A stretch of 61,591 bases of DNA, counting the filler, from Choristocarpus tenellus KU-1152 (lineage: Eukaryota > Protista > Phaeophyceae): the NCBI GenBank assembly GCA_964200185.2. It is 13 parts of 13 records of this genome, joined end to end, with 100 filler letters (N's around TTAATTAATTAA, not from the genome) between each part and the next. Parts side by side here need not be neighbours in the genome. Positions count along the whole stretch, not along the records: positions 32,459 to 43,722 come from CAXNAD020002418.1; positions 43,823 to 47,738 come from CAXNAD020017169.1; positions 47,839 to 51,117 come from CAXNAD020021073.1; positions 51,218 to 54,113 come from CAXNAD020023828.1; 9 more parts are not named here. One strand, given 5' to 3'. The notes under the pieces are model-generated. The model worked only from the letters and a program-made list of their open reading frames with translations. It did no database searches and was not told the origin of the DNA. Numbering within the stretch: position 1 is the stretch's first letter; each line of letters starts with the position of its first letter. Made by a program: the position numbers and the translations under genes. Shown piece by piece: positions 38,701 through 51,736 of the stretch.

Positions 38701-41700
38701 CCTAACTACAGATTTGTGAAAAATATGGGCAGGGACCCCGATCTTTGCCCAAATGGCATGGATGTAGCCAAGCTCTCTCACAAAAAATTCCTTCAGACCC
38801 TTGAAAATGCTGTCCGTTTTGGGAAGTGGGTCCTCCTGGAGAACATAGGAGAGGTAAGTGTGCTTCTGTTTCGTCCTTTAGATTACCTTTGCTATACCAA
38901 GTGTCTTGCCATCAAAACTCATATTTCATAGCAGCAAGAATTGTCAGTGACTTCAATCTTACCAACAATAAAGGTTTAAGTGCTATCCACACTGCCAGAA
39001 AGGCTAGCTCCTTCGGACTGGCGCTTCATAATCCTTGACAATCGATTATCCTTGGTTAATATCGGGATGGAGGACTACTTTGGACTACGCATTATATGGC
39101 TTCTTTGGTGGGAATAGTATTATGAGGCAAAGCATTTAGGAGGGTAGGAGCTTTGCCCCTGTTTGTCCATTTGGAGCTTCTCACGGTATTATTATGCCCT
39201 TTTTTTGGTTTTCTGTTGTGTGAACACAGTCACCTAAAATGTATGCAACTATGAACGGTGCATCCATAGCAAGATATTGACACTTGCTATTAAACACTTG
39301 CTATTAAACACTTGCTATTAAACACTTGCTATTAAACACTTGCTATTAAACACTTGCTATTAAACACTTGCTATTAGACACTTGCTATTAAACACTTGCT
39401 ATTAAACATGATAGCCAAATTCAACAAAAATCACAACATTGGATTTATGACCAAAAACGGACGCGGCCCCATCCTCTTAAATGTCTGGCTCTATTTTGGT
39501 GGCCATGCATGCATATCAACACAAATGTAGCAAAGTAGGACGGCTAAGTTCAATCACTACCTTTCAGCCTATAGAAGACATATATTTTCACATCATTCTC
39601 CTTATTGGTATTGCAAACTAAATTCATCACGAAGCAAGACATTTCTTGAGCTACAGTCAACTGATTCATGAAATAGACAAAGAAAGTGCTAGAAACAAAA
39701 AGGCTCAACCTTCAGCTGCTGATGCTCTTGGTGTGTCCTTGTTGCCATGGCAGGAACTCGATGCAGCTCTTGAACCGATTCTAGTGCAACAGAAGTTCAA
39801 ACAGGGTGGACAAGATATGATTCGCCTTGGAGACAACACCATCCCCTACAATGATGAATTTCGTCTACTGATGACTACGAAGCTTCCCAATCCGGAATAT
39901 GCCCCAGAGATTCAGGCAAGAAAAAAAAATTCTTGAGGAGCAACAGGAGCCCTAAATGCTCCAAGCAAAGGATACACTCAAGTAGTGACACATGGAAACT
40001 ATTGGCAGGTGGAAATTTCTATAGATATAGGCATTGAGGAGGGGGACGCATGGGCCTTGGTGCTGAGATTTGGGGGAGAATTTAACAGGAAATGAATGAG
40101 GTAGTGGTTACGAGGTTTGCAAAGCATGAAAAAAATTGTCAAGAAGGTATGGGATATATTGCTTGATGATAAACAAGCCTAGAATTCATCACACATTGAA
40201 GGTCAGGATTGTCAACGATGGATAACACAAGGTAGAACCTTGATTTTGAAGCAATAAAGCAGCATATGCGTATATTTGTTTGCGTGTTGCGTACTCTTCA
40301 CAACTATAGGTGAAGGTTTCTCTTCTGAACTTCACCATCACAGTCAGAGGCCTCGAGGAGCAGCTTCTGAACACTGCCGTCAAGGAAGAATTGCCAGACC
40401 TTGCTGCCAAAAAGGTCAGCACACCCTTTCTAAGAGAAAATGGTAATCCTAGACGGCTGCCTGCTATTCTGTCCTGAAACCTAGGAAGAGCATCACAGAA
40501 GCAATTATTTCCTTCGCATTTTCTTTCCATCTAATACTGCAGTGATCCTCACTTAAGAATATTCGAATCCATTCGTGCCTTTAGATGTGTGAGGTAGTAG
40601 GCATACGAGGCACAGAAGATACCCTTGTCCAGGGTTCAGCACTAGATCCAAGTCATATTGAGACTTCATGAAACTAAGTTCAACTCCTTGCTGGAATCAA
40701 GCCATGTGCTCCACTACCTTCCTCTTCCCGCCAAATTACGAAACCTAATCACAGGGTGGTCCTTAATTTACTCTACTTCATTTCTTCCTATACCTACAAC
40801 ATCTAGCAATTTCGAAATACCAAAGCACAAAATGCATACCATGCTACAATATGACCAGCATAAACCTACATAGGAAGAACTGGTGATCAATGGAGCAGCC
40901 ATGAACATCGAACTCTATGGCATTGAGAGCCAGATCCTCAAGCTCCTGAGTGAGAGTGAAGGGAACATCCTGGACAATACTGCCCTTATTGAAACCCTGG
41001 CTGAAGCCAAGGTTGGTGTGCTCTGATCCAGCTAGTAGCTACAGTACAATTTAATACTGCTCCAAAAGAGATTGCAAGCAGAGCTCTGAAGAGTGGGTAG
41101 GTGTTGAAGGCAGGCAGGGCTTTATATTTTCTTGGCAGGTTTGCACCTGCTCACATACAAAAAGTATTCTTCGAATTATATATTAAGTGTACAACCATGG
41201 CGTATTTTCTTGGGGTGGGGGGGGGGGTATCTTTCCTGGAGTGCATGCATGAAGTGCTGTTGGGATTGGAAATATCACTTGATCTACATTTCCTGCAATT
41301 ATTCACCTTGCGTGGATTCTAACGATGAAAAAAAGTCAATCCTCCCCATCACAATCCTCTTTGTAACAATCATCAGGTCAAATCAACTGAGATCAAGGAG
41401 AAGATGGGGGAAGCAGCAGAGACAGAAAAGGAGATCGAGAAAAGGTCGGATGAGTATCGTCCTGTGGCCAAGAGGGCTAGTCTCCTCTATTTCTGCCTTG
41501 CTGACCTAGCTGTGGTGAGAGGAGGAGGTAGTCCCGGAGCATTGAAAACCCCACCATTTGTCTGTAACACCATTTTCCTATCATCTTCGACAAAATTTCA
41601 CCAAGAAGGCATTTGACAAAAACAAACTAGAAGTTGCAAGCACAAGTTGCAGTCAATCTCTTTCTCATGCTGCATGCCAGGGGCTACCCAGCATGCCAAC

Positions 41701-43273
41701 ACATGATCATTTTAACAAGTGGTGATAAGAATTATGAGAGCATTTTGCATCCACTGCAACCAGTACAAATTTGGTTTGAGTATTTGGCAGGAAACGTTAA
41801 GGGTATGTATCTCCAGGTATCAAAGTCCGAATCGAAGGGGATCTAATCACAAAAATACACTAGCAGTAAGACATGCTTAATTGAGTGGAGGTGTTTGAGG
41901 AGAAACAATTTTCCCCCTTGTTTCAGGGTCTAACATATTTTCCAAGACAATGGTACCAAGATTGAAATTCAGTGTTCAAAGGACTTTCACAACATATGTC
42001 AATGTGTTATTGAACTTCTCTGACATATTCCGGAATACTCAAAATCGTCAATCCTCAGTAAGGTGATTGCTGTTCCGNNNNNNNNNNTGAACAAATTTAG
42101 GTGAAAATAACTCATCTTATGATAGAAACTATCGTAGAGTTCATTTTGAAGATAGCATGGCCACAAGAAATTATTGATTTTTCCACTTGTGATCCCGTCT
42201 GGGTCTTGGCTTCGCTTTATGTTGTTTTATCCAGGCAATGCAAGGATCGAGGGGTGAGGTACATTTCACAAATAATTCTTAACACAATATCTGTGCATCA
42301 CATATGTTTGTGAGATGTCTTTGTCCTGCGAGCTTTTCTAAGAACTCAAGCTTGGTATCATTCACTCTCTAACATACATTATCCCTGATCATCCATTCCC
42401 TTCCTCCTCTTGGTGCGTTGTCCCTGTAATGCACTTTCTATTCACTACAATAATATACAGATTGACCCTATGTACCAGTACTCGCTCCCTTGGTTTGAAG
42501 CTCTGTTTGTGAAGTCAACTGGAGTCGCACCTCCTGCCCCAGACTTGGAGGGACGACTGAAGAGTCTCATTGACTGCTTCACATTGGCAGTGTACGTGAA
42601 TGTCTGTCGTAGCCTGTTTGAAGACCACAAACTTCTTTTCAGCTTCCTATTGGCAATAAAGATATTGCAGGTAAGAATTTCGAGAGGACCAAGATGTTTC
42701 ATAATATTTGTTCGCCTCTACACTTTTGAGGACAAGTATTCCTTACTAGTCCATTGGGAGTTTTCACCCCAAACCATCTCCACCACAATGTGGCAAAATG
42801 TTTACGCCTCGAATAAAGATATGTTTCATTGTGAATTGCGTTAAATTAGGTGGAAACGATAGGAGTATATGAGAACCCTAACCCTAATGCTAGTGAGCTG
42901 TGACGGTGAAAAAATATATCACCAAGTAGATACCAGCTGAAAACAATGAATATTGCTGTAGGGTGGCAGCCATTTGCTTGCAAATTTGGGGGCAAAACAA
43001 TCAATATCACCTCGCCAAATCTTCCCATACCAAACTTCAACGTCTGATACACTTCATAATTGCACCACCCACTCAATAGGGAGATGACCGAATCAACCCA
43101 GAGGAGTGGCGATTCCTTATTTCAGGGATGTCAAGAGGAAGCTCGAAGATGGATAACCCGGACCCTAGTTGGATAGAAATTAACGTTTGGTCTGAAATCC
43201 AGATTCTCTGTGGGCTATCATATTTTGACGAATTTGCAGAAGAATTTGCAGCAAAGACAGTTGCATGGCGAAG
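32754..43273 (+). CDS. Axonemal dynein heavy chain (inner-arm DNAH-like), stalk/MTBD through AAA5 region, partial; 14 exons
   Basis: Exons 32754-32855, 33665-33811, 34403-34543, 35658-35793, 36416-36504, 37264-37350, 37665-37768, 38712-38853, 39754-39915, 40310-40414, 40874-41011, 41377-41514, 42461-42670 and 43080-43273, all phase-compatible. Motifs [78 protein letters not shown] and [11 protein letters not shown]. Confidence 0.96.
34956..35213 (+). mobile_element. MITE family A (258 bp) in dynein intron
   Basis: GAGCCAAAGTACCTGAGAGGG...CCCTCTAAGATACTTTCACTC, flanked by ATCC/ATCC. Confidence 0.85.
36720..37163 (+). mobile_element. MITE family B carrying a nested family A MITE
   Basis: The left part (36720-36817) and right part (37076-37163) together match the uninterrupted family B copies at 43568 and 50938. 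Confidence 0.75.
36818..37075 (-). mobile_element. MITE family A (258 bp), near-identical inverted copy of 34956-35213
   Basis: Reverse complement of 34956-35213 with only a few mismatches, flanked by GGAT/GGAT. Confidence 0.85.
39124..39491 (-). mobile_element. Diverged MITE family A with internal minisatellite
   Basis: Degenerate TIRs GAGGCAAAGCATTTAGGAGGG...CCTCTTAAATGTCTGGCTC, a TAT/TAT duplication and a family A interior. Confidence 0.7.
39280..39405. repeat. 14-bp tandem repeat (ACACTTGCTATTAA) x9
   Basis: Nine consecutive units, one with a single A>G change. Confidence 0.95.
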
Positions 43274-43567
43274 GTGAATTCAATTGAAAATCTTTGAGCA
43301 TTACTCTTTTCGTAGATGGATGGGTATCTTCAAGTTGAACACTCAACCAACAATTTGTCGCGTATTCTTGGACTGTCTTCCGGCTTGACTTGTTTTCACT
43401 GAGTAGGGTCAATCATGTACTCTTGAAATCGACACACCAGAAATGCAGTGGCTAACTGCGTTGCTGATTCATCCCGTGCACATGTCAATTTATGTCATTC
43501 AAACCTAAGCCCACTTGCTAGCAGTAAACTCCCTCCTTGAGCTTTCCATTGATATATGGCTACCCTT

Positions 43568-43722
43568 GACTCAAAGTATCTGGGGGGGGGTGGCGACCAT
43601 CCATTTGGACCCAATTTTTTCATGTCGCGATTTATGGGTGATTTGGTTCCATACGTTGGATGGATAATGAAAGTGCACTTTTCCTGGTTTTGGTACAAAT
43701 GGACACTCTGGTGTAGACCCCC
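43568..43722 (+). mobile_element. MITE family B, truncated by gap
   Basis: GACTCAAAGTATCTGGGGGG...TCCATTTGG...CATGTCGCG...GGATGGATAATG...TGGTGTAGACCCC. Confidence 0.8.
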
Positions 43723-44923
43723 NNNNNNNNNNNNNNNNNNNNNNNNNNNNNNNNNNNNNNNNNNNNTTAATTAATTAANNNNNNNNNNNNNNNNNNNNNN
43801 NNNNNNNNNNNNNNNNNNNNNNGACAATTCTGGAGCTGCTTCGAGGCAGCAAGAGGGGCTCCTTGATGCAGGTTAACATAAAGCGAGTTGCGGAGGTGTT
43901 TGAGAGCAATGGTTAGTCTATCGCAAGGACTTGGAAGGTCTGCAAGACCCAAAACACCGCTGGTGCTGTGGATCCTGGCATTGGTGTGCTACAGAATAAT
44001 TAATGGGCAATTCTGGGTGCAAATGTGTCAACCTTGACACCCTAATATGTTGCATGTGAAGTGACACCCATAAAGAAGCACGTGACGTAGCGTGCCCTGG
44101 AAAGGTATCCCGTGTTGTACTCTGCATGACAACCTAAATAACCTTAGTTTCATGGTGTGATCAACCTATACATAGGCCATTGCTTACTAATGAGTGCAAG
44201 CTACAATTCCTGAGGTGGGAAACATTCTAGGTCACTGAGAAACCTCGCGACTCACAGAGCTTCCACCATTTAGAAGGCTTTATGCGCGTGGATAATGATC
44301 TTTAATCTGCAAGGATAGTCAGAAGTGTGCCCTCTCTAATAGTGACGAGCCTCCTTCCTGCAGGTTGCAACAGAGGAGACGTACTACCTACACAATGACC
44401 CAAACCTCCACTAAATTTCTAGATATCCAAATCGCAACCATCTTTCCAGACAGAGGAAGCATTCCTATTATTCGTGTTGTTTGTTGTGAACCTGGCTGTG
44501 ATGTATTGATCGTTCACTGTAATGCTGGGGGTAGTCAATTGTGCCACTATAGAAAGTGCCATGGTGGTGCAGTGCGGTATTTCAGTATGTTGACAAAATC
44601 GGAGGCCCTTACGCTACCTTTCTTAATTCATGGTTTATCTCATCACCACAAGTGGCCATCTCAACCATTGCATTTCCTTTGAGTTCTTTCGCTGAACCCT
44701 TGCTGGCAGTAACATCGTCCACTTCCAACTGCGAAGAGAGGCAGTCCTTATGTCCTCTCTCTGGTAAAAAGAGGGTCGGGAGAGCAATCTGGTCAGGATT
44801 CAATTCAAACCCATGACCTCTTTTTCCGGTGGTGCAGTAGTATCTGAATATTTTGATACCGACAGAGTAACATTTCCTGTTCCCTGTATTGTACCATGCT
44901 TTTGCTGGACTGGGCTGGACCAG

Positions 44924-47738
44924 GTCACCAGCATCAACAACCTAGGGATCACCGACAAATCACAGGTTGACAAGATCTTTGGGCGATTCGTGAAGGTGCT
45001 CCCCCATGGATGGTTGGCAAATACTCTGCAGAGCGACCTGTTTTGTATGTATTACTTTTCTTGTCGTCTTTTCATTCTATGATGATCATGTTTGATCTCT
45101 GTTTTGATTATCCTATGTTGTGCATTTATTATTTGGCCATTTGCTGGTTGTACAAGGATTGTGGTTTATACTGATGTGGACAAGTTTATGAACGGTTGAA
45201 GAGAAGAACCTCTTTGGAGAAGTATATAAAATTATGGTTGGTGAAAGAAACATGTGTGTTGGTGTATGCATGTGTATTTAGAAGTATTACAGAGTGTCTA
45301 TGAATTTCAAATTAAAGAAAAGAATCACATTTCAATTTTTTTTCTGAATATACCATCCCTACTGGAACAGTAAATATGTAAGTCCAAAAAAAGCACATAC
45401 TTCAAATGCTGTTACAACGTGATTACAATTTATTTTAGTTACTGACAGAGGCATTAGGAATCATCATGGCTGGCTTCTGTTTGGTATGCATTGTTTTTTG
45501 TTATCATTACTGCATGCGCGTTGTAGCCACCACAGCATAGTCTACATACTACTAGCCCTGCCCTAATGTACTTAACCCAACACCTTCCATCATCCCCTAT
45601 ACTTGTGCCACTATGTATAACATCAAGCAGGAGCTGGATATCATGTCCAAGATGCATAGCCCATATGTGGTGGAGGTGCTCGGAGCATTCACTAGCTCTG
45701 AGGAGGTTGGGTTGGTCATGGAGTTTGTGGAACGAGGGAGTCTTTATTCCGTGCTGGAGGTGATTCATCCAGGATCCTACCCGGATGAGTGCCATGCAAT
45801 GATTGATTGATTGTTGGCGTGTCATACTTCGGTGATTGGTCTGTAGAAATGTTTTTCTTCTGGCATTAGCTTTTATTTGTTTTAGTTTCTCCGTATTGTT
45901 GGGCTTAAGTATTGCGCTAAAATGGTGAACTGATACATTTACACATGCATACGTGTTTTGTGTGTGGGGACACATCCTGTTCTACGACAGTAACTCAATG
46001 TGAAGACCGGACATGTAGGATGTGGAATGACAGTGTCTGATTGGCTGGACGTCACATATACTGGGTCATTTTTCAGGGGAAAAGGCTGCTTATCGTAACA
46101 TATTCCTAATCCTGGATCTTGGCATCATCACAATCACTACTTTGGTGTTGTTAACACCATATTCTTGTACTTGATTGTCATTTACATTTTGAGTTTGATT
46201 GTAGCGCCTGAAGACACTCTAACATTGGTCCCTCTCCTCGTCTCCCCTTCTTTTTGGTCCCCATGCAATCCTCAAGGATCCAAAAGAACGAGCCAAGATG
46301 ACTAGTAACATCAAACATTCCATCCTCAGCGACATTGCAACTGCGGAGTGCTACCTCTACCAGCATAAAGTGCAGCATCGTGACCTCAAGAGCCTCAACG
46401 TTTTGATTACCCATGATTGGCGGGCCAAGGTGAACTGACCTTTTCTGCCGAGATGCAATATGACCAGTATGAAAGAAATAGATGACAGTATCATGGGTTA
46501 TCTTCTACTGTGAGCTACATACCAAATTCTTCCCCTTCGACCCTTCTATATTTACTTGCCGTCAATTTCCAATTGTTCATCGAAATCGGCAGCCCAAGCA
46601 ATCTCTAGGTTTGTTTGCATCCGTATCAGGAAACTTGAAACGTTAGTTGTTGATTCGGATACAATATTTGTACATACTTGAACAGTGAGAAAGGTATTGG
46701 TTTCTGCCCTTGGGGTAAGTGTGCGAGAGAGCAAGAAAAGGGAGAGGGCGTGGTATTGACCTGCTCAGATAGGTATATCCTCTTGACCAACCAGTAGAGT
46801 GTACCCTCTCAGCACACACAGGTCTTGAACTTACACTCGTCAGTGAATGTCTGCATGTGGAGCTTCTTGTGTGTGATGGGGTTTGCCAAATTGTCTCAGT
46901 GATAGGATTACAAGTAGTAGTATACTGTGTACGGGAGTGCGGTCATGTTAGTGACTTTTTAGTCTCCTTGGCAACCAACCTAAAAACTCACGAACACAAT
47001 CCCTCGGAAGTCAGGTTGCTGACTTTGGCTTGTCTAAGACAAGGGATGCAATCTCCAGCAGTGCTACCAATACCAGCTTCCGTGGGGGCACATTGTACTG
47101 GAAGGCTCCTGAATTGCTCAGGTCTGGGGGGGTGGAGGTGGACGTCTTCACTGAGAAGTCCGATGTGTACAGGTGACGGGGGTTCCAAGGCATTGGTGCT
47201 GTGTAGTCCTCATGCCTTGTGTAAGGTGAAAAGGCTTCCATTTTTTATGTTCCAATTTCCCAATAGCAACCAACGAGGGGGTCTGCATATGGCTCCACCT
47301 GTGTGCTGGGAAAATTTGAAATGTGACTACTTTTGGGTTCCTCTGTTGAGAAGCTTGTCTGCGGTGTTTTGGTGGATGGGTTGGGAAGGGTGGAGCACGG
47401 TTGCAGGGAATGCAGGTAGTATTTTCCGGATCAATGGATCTGTACTACTAAGTCTGAAGACTGCATGGGGAAAATATGCCGGCATTGAAGGGTATGGACA
47501 TGGCACAAAAGGCAATGTAGATAGTATTTCCGATAGACTAGCCTCCTATGTTGCATTAGAGCGAATTGGGTGTTTCTGTTCTACATGTTTTGGTCACTGA
47601 CGTTAGCTTAGCTATGATGATTTGGCTGCTATTTTTGGTGCGATTCCAACATATTTGGGACCACAACTGATGCTATTGTGAATATGGAGCAGCTTTGGAG
47701 TCATCGTGTGGGAGGTGATGTGTGGGGAGGGAAAGCGT
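44924..47738 (+). CDS. Tyrosine kinase-like (TKL) protein kinase, partial; 5 exons
   Basis: Exons 44924-44995 (less certain), ~45631-45759, 46277-46429, 47015-47172 and 47693-47738 (gap). They encode ELDIMSKMHSPYVV...LVMEFVERGSL, HRDLKSLNVL, KVADFGLSK, GT..WKAPE and EKSDVYSFGVIVWEV. Confidence 0.92.
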
Positions 47739-48460
47739 NNNNNNNNNNNNNNNNNNNNNNNNNNNNNNNNNNNNNNNNNNNNTTAATTAATTAANNNNNN
47801 NNNNNNNNNNNNNNNNNNNNNNNNNNNNNNNNNNNNNNCCGCCCCCCGCCCCCCCCCCAGATACTTTAAGCCAGACCATTTCTGCAATTGTACATAATGG
47901 TGTATTTTTGCTTTTTCTCTGTATTCCAGTTGGTTTGCGTTAGTACTTGTACTGCACATGATTATGAGGGTTGTACTAGTAACAAATGGGCAAAAAAGAG
48001 GTGGGCAGTAATTACTTCGTTTTGGTACTTACTGGAGAGGGACCAAAAAACGGGTGCGATGAATAATAGGACTCAAAATTGAAACCAACCAACAAAAAAT
48101 CCAGCTCTATGGAGCTTACTTGGGTTTGCATCGTATAGTAGATGGCCCAAAAAGTACGGTAAGGGCAACGGGTTCCACGGATTCAAATTATCAAACGTAT
48201 GTTCCATCCTCCCTCCGCCAAAAGCTCCTCACAGGGGGAAAAATTCCTTGAAAATTTTGGGAAAAAACATTTTCTCGATGTGGTTGTCCACCTTGATCTT
48301 TAGTACACGTGCAACCTGTTAATAAAAAATATCAACAGTATTATATTATATATATATTTAGTACGAAGGATGTAACACTTCTTTCTCTTGTAATATAAGC
48401 CAACAGTTCTGACGACAGGACTTGATCTCTTCCTTACCTAAATGCTCATGGAAAAAAAAA

Positions 48461-49387
48461 CTTTTGCTTTGCTCACGAATTCTGGATTATTATTATTTAT
48501 TCCTTGTTTGCATTCCACATATTCTACTCTCCCCCATTGTAACACCATTTGTGACCAACCAGTGCAAACCCCTTTCGCCACTGATTTCCAATCATCAACC
48601 CCATCCGATGACCAATCAGTGTGTCCCCTTTGCCACTGATTTCCAGTCCTCAACCACATCTGATGACCAATCAGTGCGAACCCTTAGACCCGGATTTCCA
48701 GTCACCAGCCACGTCCGATGATCAACCAGTGCGATCTCTTTGCAACTGATTTCCAGTCACCGTCCCTTTCCCCTCAACCCCACTCACCCCACACTACTTT
48801 CCATTCCACCACACCATTCACCACCACTCACCCCCTCGACACTTTCCCCCACTTCCTGATTCACCACACGATTCCGCACCACTCAACCCCACAACACTTT
48901 CCACCACTTTCCACCACTTTCCACCACTTTCCACTCACCACACCACTCAACCCCTCTCCTCAATAATCCAAGAACACTCCTTCATCATCCACTTCATACT
49001 GTGCCTTAAAAGACACCTACCCCGTCCGAACTTGACTCCCCCCCCCCTGTTCCCCAGCATCCAAGTCGGTCATGAGCAATCGAAAGAGTGGGTGGGTGGG
49101 AGAGATTGCTTGGAGGTTGCCTTGTTCTAGCCTTGCTTGTCCTGTCCCGCCAACCTCAGGTTTCCTTATGTTCTGATCTATCCCCTCCTACCTCGTGCCT
49201 CCCCCTACCATGCCCATATTCCTTTTAACTTCTCTCCTCCCTCTTCTCTCTCGCAACCACTCAGTCCTTCACTCTTCGTTCATTCCACCAATATTTTTAT
49301 TTTTGCCCAATCATCCCTCTGTTCCCCATTCATCACTCCTACCACAATTTTCCCGCCTGCAAACTCAGATTACTTCACATAAACTTC
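48461..49387 (-). mobile_element. Second solo A-B terminal repeat unit of the YR retrotransposon family
   Basis: Reverse complement of the 17287-18020 organisation. CTTTTGCTTTGCTCACGAATTCTGGATT is at the left end (B end) and ...CAGATTACTTCACATAAACTTC at the right end (A start). Confidence 0.75.
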
Positions 49388-49439
49388 CCCTATAGGACAT
49401 TAGAGATGACGTACTCAATGTACTATACACAATACTACA

Positions 49440-50480
49440 TAAATCCGCACAACTGCTGTAGAGAGAGCAATACTGTGCCTACACTGTCCGTGTCACCTGC
49501 AATCCTCAATCTCTTCTACCTGCCCATAGGTGCACCCCTGTCCCATTACCAGCGCTTTCAGTAGTGAGAGTCATGGATGTGGGTTGTTGATCGAGGGTTT
49601 TGGCTTTTAGTACTATGAGGGTTGAGATCAACCGACTTGGTAATAAGGAGCACTGTGGAGCATCTCCTCCACTGATCCATGATGGATGCTTGCTACCTGA
49701 TCATCCGTCCAGCCTCGTCACGGATGTGCTGAGAGGGATTCTCTCTGGTTCTCTCGACCTTGAAGCCTTTTTTCATAGAAAATACGTTGGTTTCCACGGT
49801 GAACAAGGTCATCTTCCTGGTGTAGATGAGAAGAAAATTTTGGAAGGCAGAAACCCTCACAAGTTTGAACTCTTTGCCAACCTTCTTCGACGCTTTCTTT
49901 AAAGTGGTATTTTGGGAGTCTGTGTGCAGTTGTTTCCATGCCCTTCCCGTTCCTCAGACTTCCCAGAACTTTGCTTGAAATTGGTCACTTTTACATCACA
50001 CGCTAGGCAGCATCCTCCGTGAAGGGGGTGGAAGGACTTCCAAGGCAGCGTTTAACAAACGGATGTATATGAAGACGCCAAATTGTCGACATCGGCAGGT
50101 AGATCAACTAAATCTTTGCGTGGCACTGACTCTACTGCTCTGAGGATTTATTTAGAAGTCATGCTTGCTAGTTCAGACCTCAATGCTGGTGTAGACATCA
50201 GGGCTTGTCAATTGATAAATGTGTGTGCCTTGCCACTCGATCCGCATCTTATGACTATAAGCAAAACGATCAGGAGATGTAACGATATCGATACGATATG
50301 GTGATCCTATTCCACTGTCAACACTGACTGCATCCTCACCTTCCAAATGTGGCAGTTATCAGCCCGACGTGTAAGGACGTAATCAAGACGAAGATACCCC
50401 ATTTCCCCTTGATGGCTCAAGTGCATGTGAGACCCTCTCCCCTTTGTGTATGTTTGCACGCCTCAAGAGTATACTGACTT
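49440..50480 (-). mobile_element. Degenerate non-LTR retrotransposon (LINE) fragment, APE endonuclease C-terminus and linker
   Basis: The minus strand reads ...LRLDYVLTRRAD... then ...DHHIV, the 'R+DY+L' and 'SDH' motifs of APE domains. Heavily disrupted. Confidence 0.5.
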
Positions 50481-50937
50481 ACCGCAAAGAAGACGATGAT
50501 ATAGAATATGATTTATTGATTAACAGCCAAGGATGACTCGTGACCTACTCAAGGGGGGGTTGTCCTACGCTCCACAATCATCCTAGCAAACAATATTAGA
50601 AATTACTAAACAATACATTTCCTAGAACGTTATTGAACATCACAATATTCTAATATTCCTATCCATCACTCATGAATCATTCCAGTCAAAATATCTTGCA
50701 ACGTAGACATTTCTTACTAATAGCAAGATTGAATGCGTACGGTACTACAATGCATGCCCCTATGCGAACATCCTCTCCTACTGTTCATGGACAATGTGCC
50801 ACGGCACTGTAACACACATCCTTGATTTGCCATAACTCACTTCAAATGCCCATCTCTAGTCCAAGTCAGTTTATACTCACAAAATGCTCAAGTCTCAAAC
50901 AAGATAGAATCACTCCAACTGCTCATCCTCATCATGT

Positions 50938-51117
50938 GACTCAAAGTATCTCGGGGGGAGTGGTGGCTGTCCATTTGGGGTCAATTTTTTCATGTCGCAA
51001 TTTTTTGTATAATTTAGTTGCATACGTTGGATGGATAATGTAAGTGCATTTTTCCTGATCATCACCAAAATTGGACACCCTGGTGTAGAGCACCTCCACT
51101 CCCCTCACGCCCGCACA
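50938..51117 (+). mobile_element. MITE family B, ends at gap
   Basis: Homologous to 43568-43722 and to the reverse complement of 22132-22314. Confidence 0.8.
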
Positions 51118-51482
51118 NNNNNNNNNNNNNNNNNNNNNNNNNNNNNNNNNNNNNNNNNNNNTTAATTAATTAANNNNNNNNNNNNNNNNNNNNNNNNNNN
51201 NNNNNNNNNNNNNNNNNATCAATACCCGAAAGACTTCAATATTGAGAGAAACAGCAAGAGATGGAGTGCACAGGGAACCTTGGTCTTGGGGGAACCACCA
51301 CTGCTATACCTTTTAACTTATTTAGACCAAGATTAAGGATATTATTCACACGCAAGTCAGGGTTAGTGGGACGAGTTTGGACGACTACTCAGAGAGGAAG
51401 CATCCATCATGAAACGGTGGAGGAGATTCTTTGCAGTGCTCCTCAACACCAAGATAATTAATTTCAGCCCTCAGAGTGTTGA

Positions 51483-51736
51483 GAGTGAAAGTATCTTAGA
51501 GGGAACAGGTTTTGCTCTGTTTTTCCGTTTGGGCTTGGCTTCCCACGTTTTTTAAATGACATTTTCCTATTCCAAAACATTTCGGAGTAGGTAAAACGTA
51601 TACGTTATGAAAAGGTGTGTCCGGAACAAGGATTGACACTTCCTAACAAACACGATAGTCAAAATTACATTAAAATCGCAAATTGGATTTTGGCCCCCAA
51701 ACGGACGCAGCCCTACCCTCTAAGATACTTTCGACT
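51483..51736 (-). mobile_element. MITE family A
   Basis: GAGTGAAAGTATCTTAGAGGG...CCCTCTAAGATACTTT. The interior is colinear with 36818-37075. Confidence 0.8.

Noticed and set aside
46857-47600. Longest ORF in the track (247 aa)
   Set aside because: It overlaps the kinase exon 47015-47172 in a different frame and is otherwise intronic. No motifs were recognised.
48552-48762. Repeat-spacer-like pattern resembling a CRISPR array
   Set aside because: The units are degenerate, the 'spacers' are homologous to one another, the context is a eukaryotic retroelement terminus and no cas genes are present.
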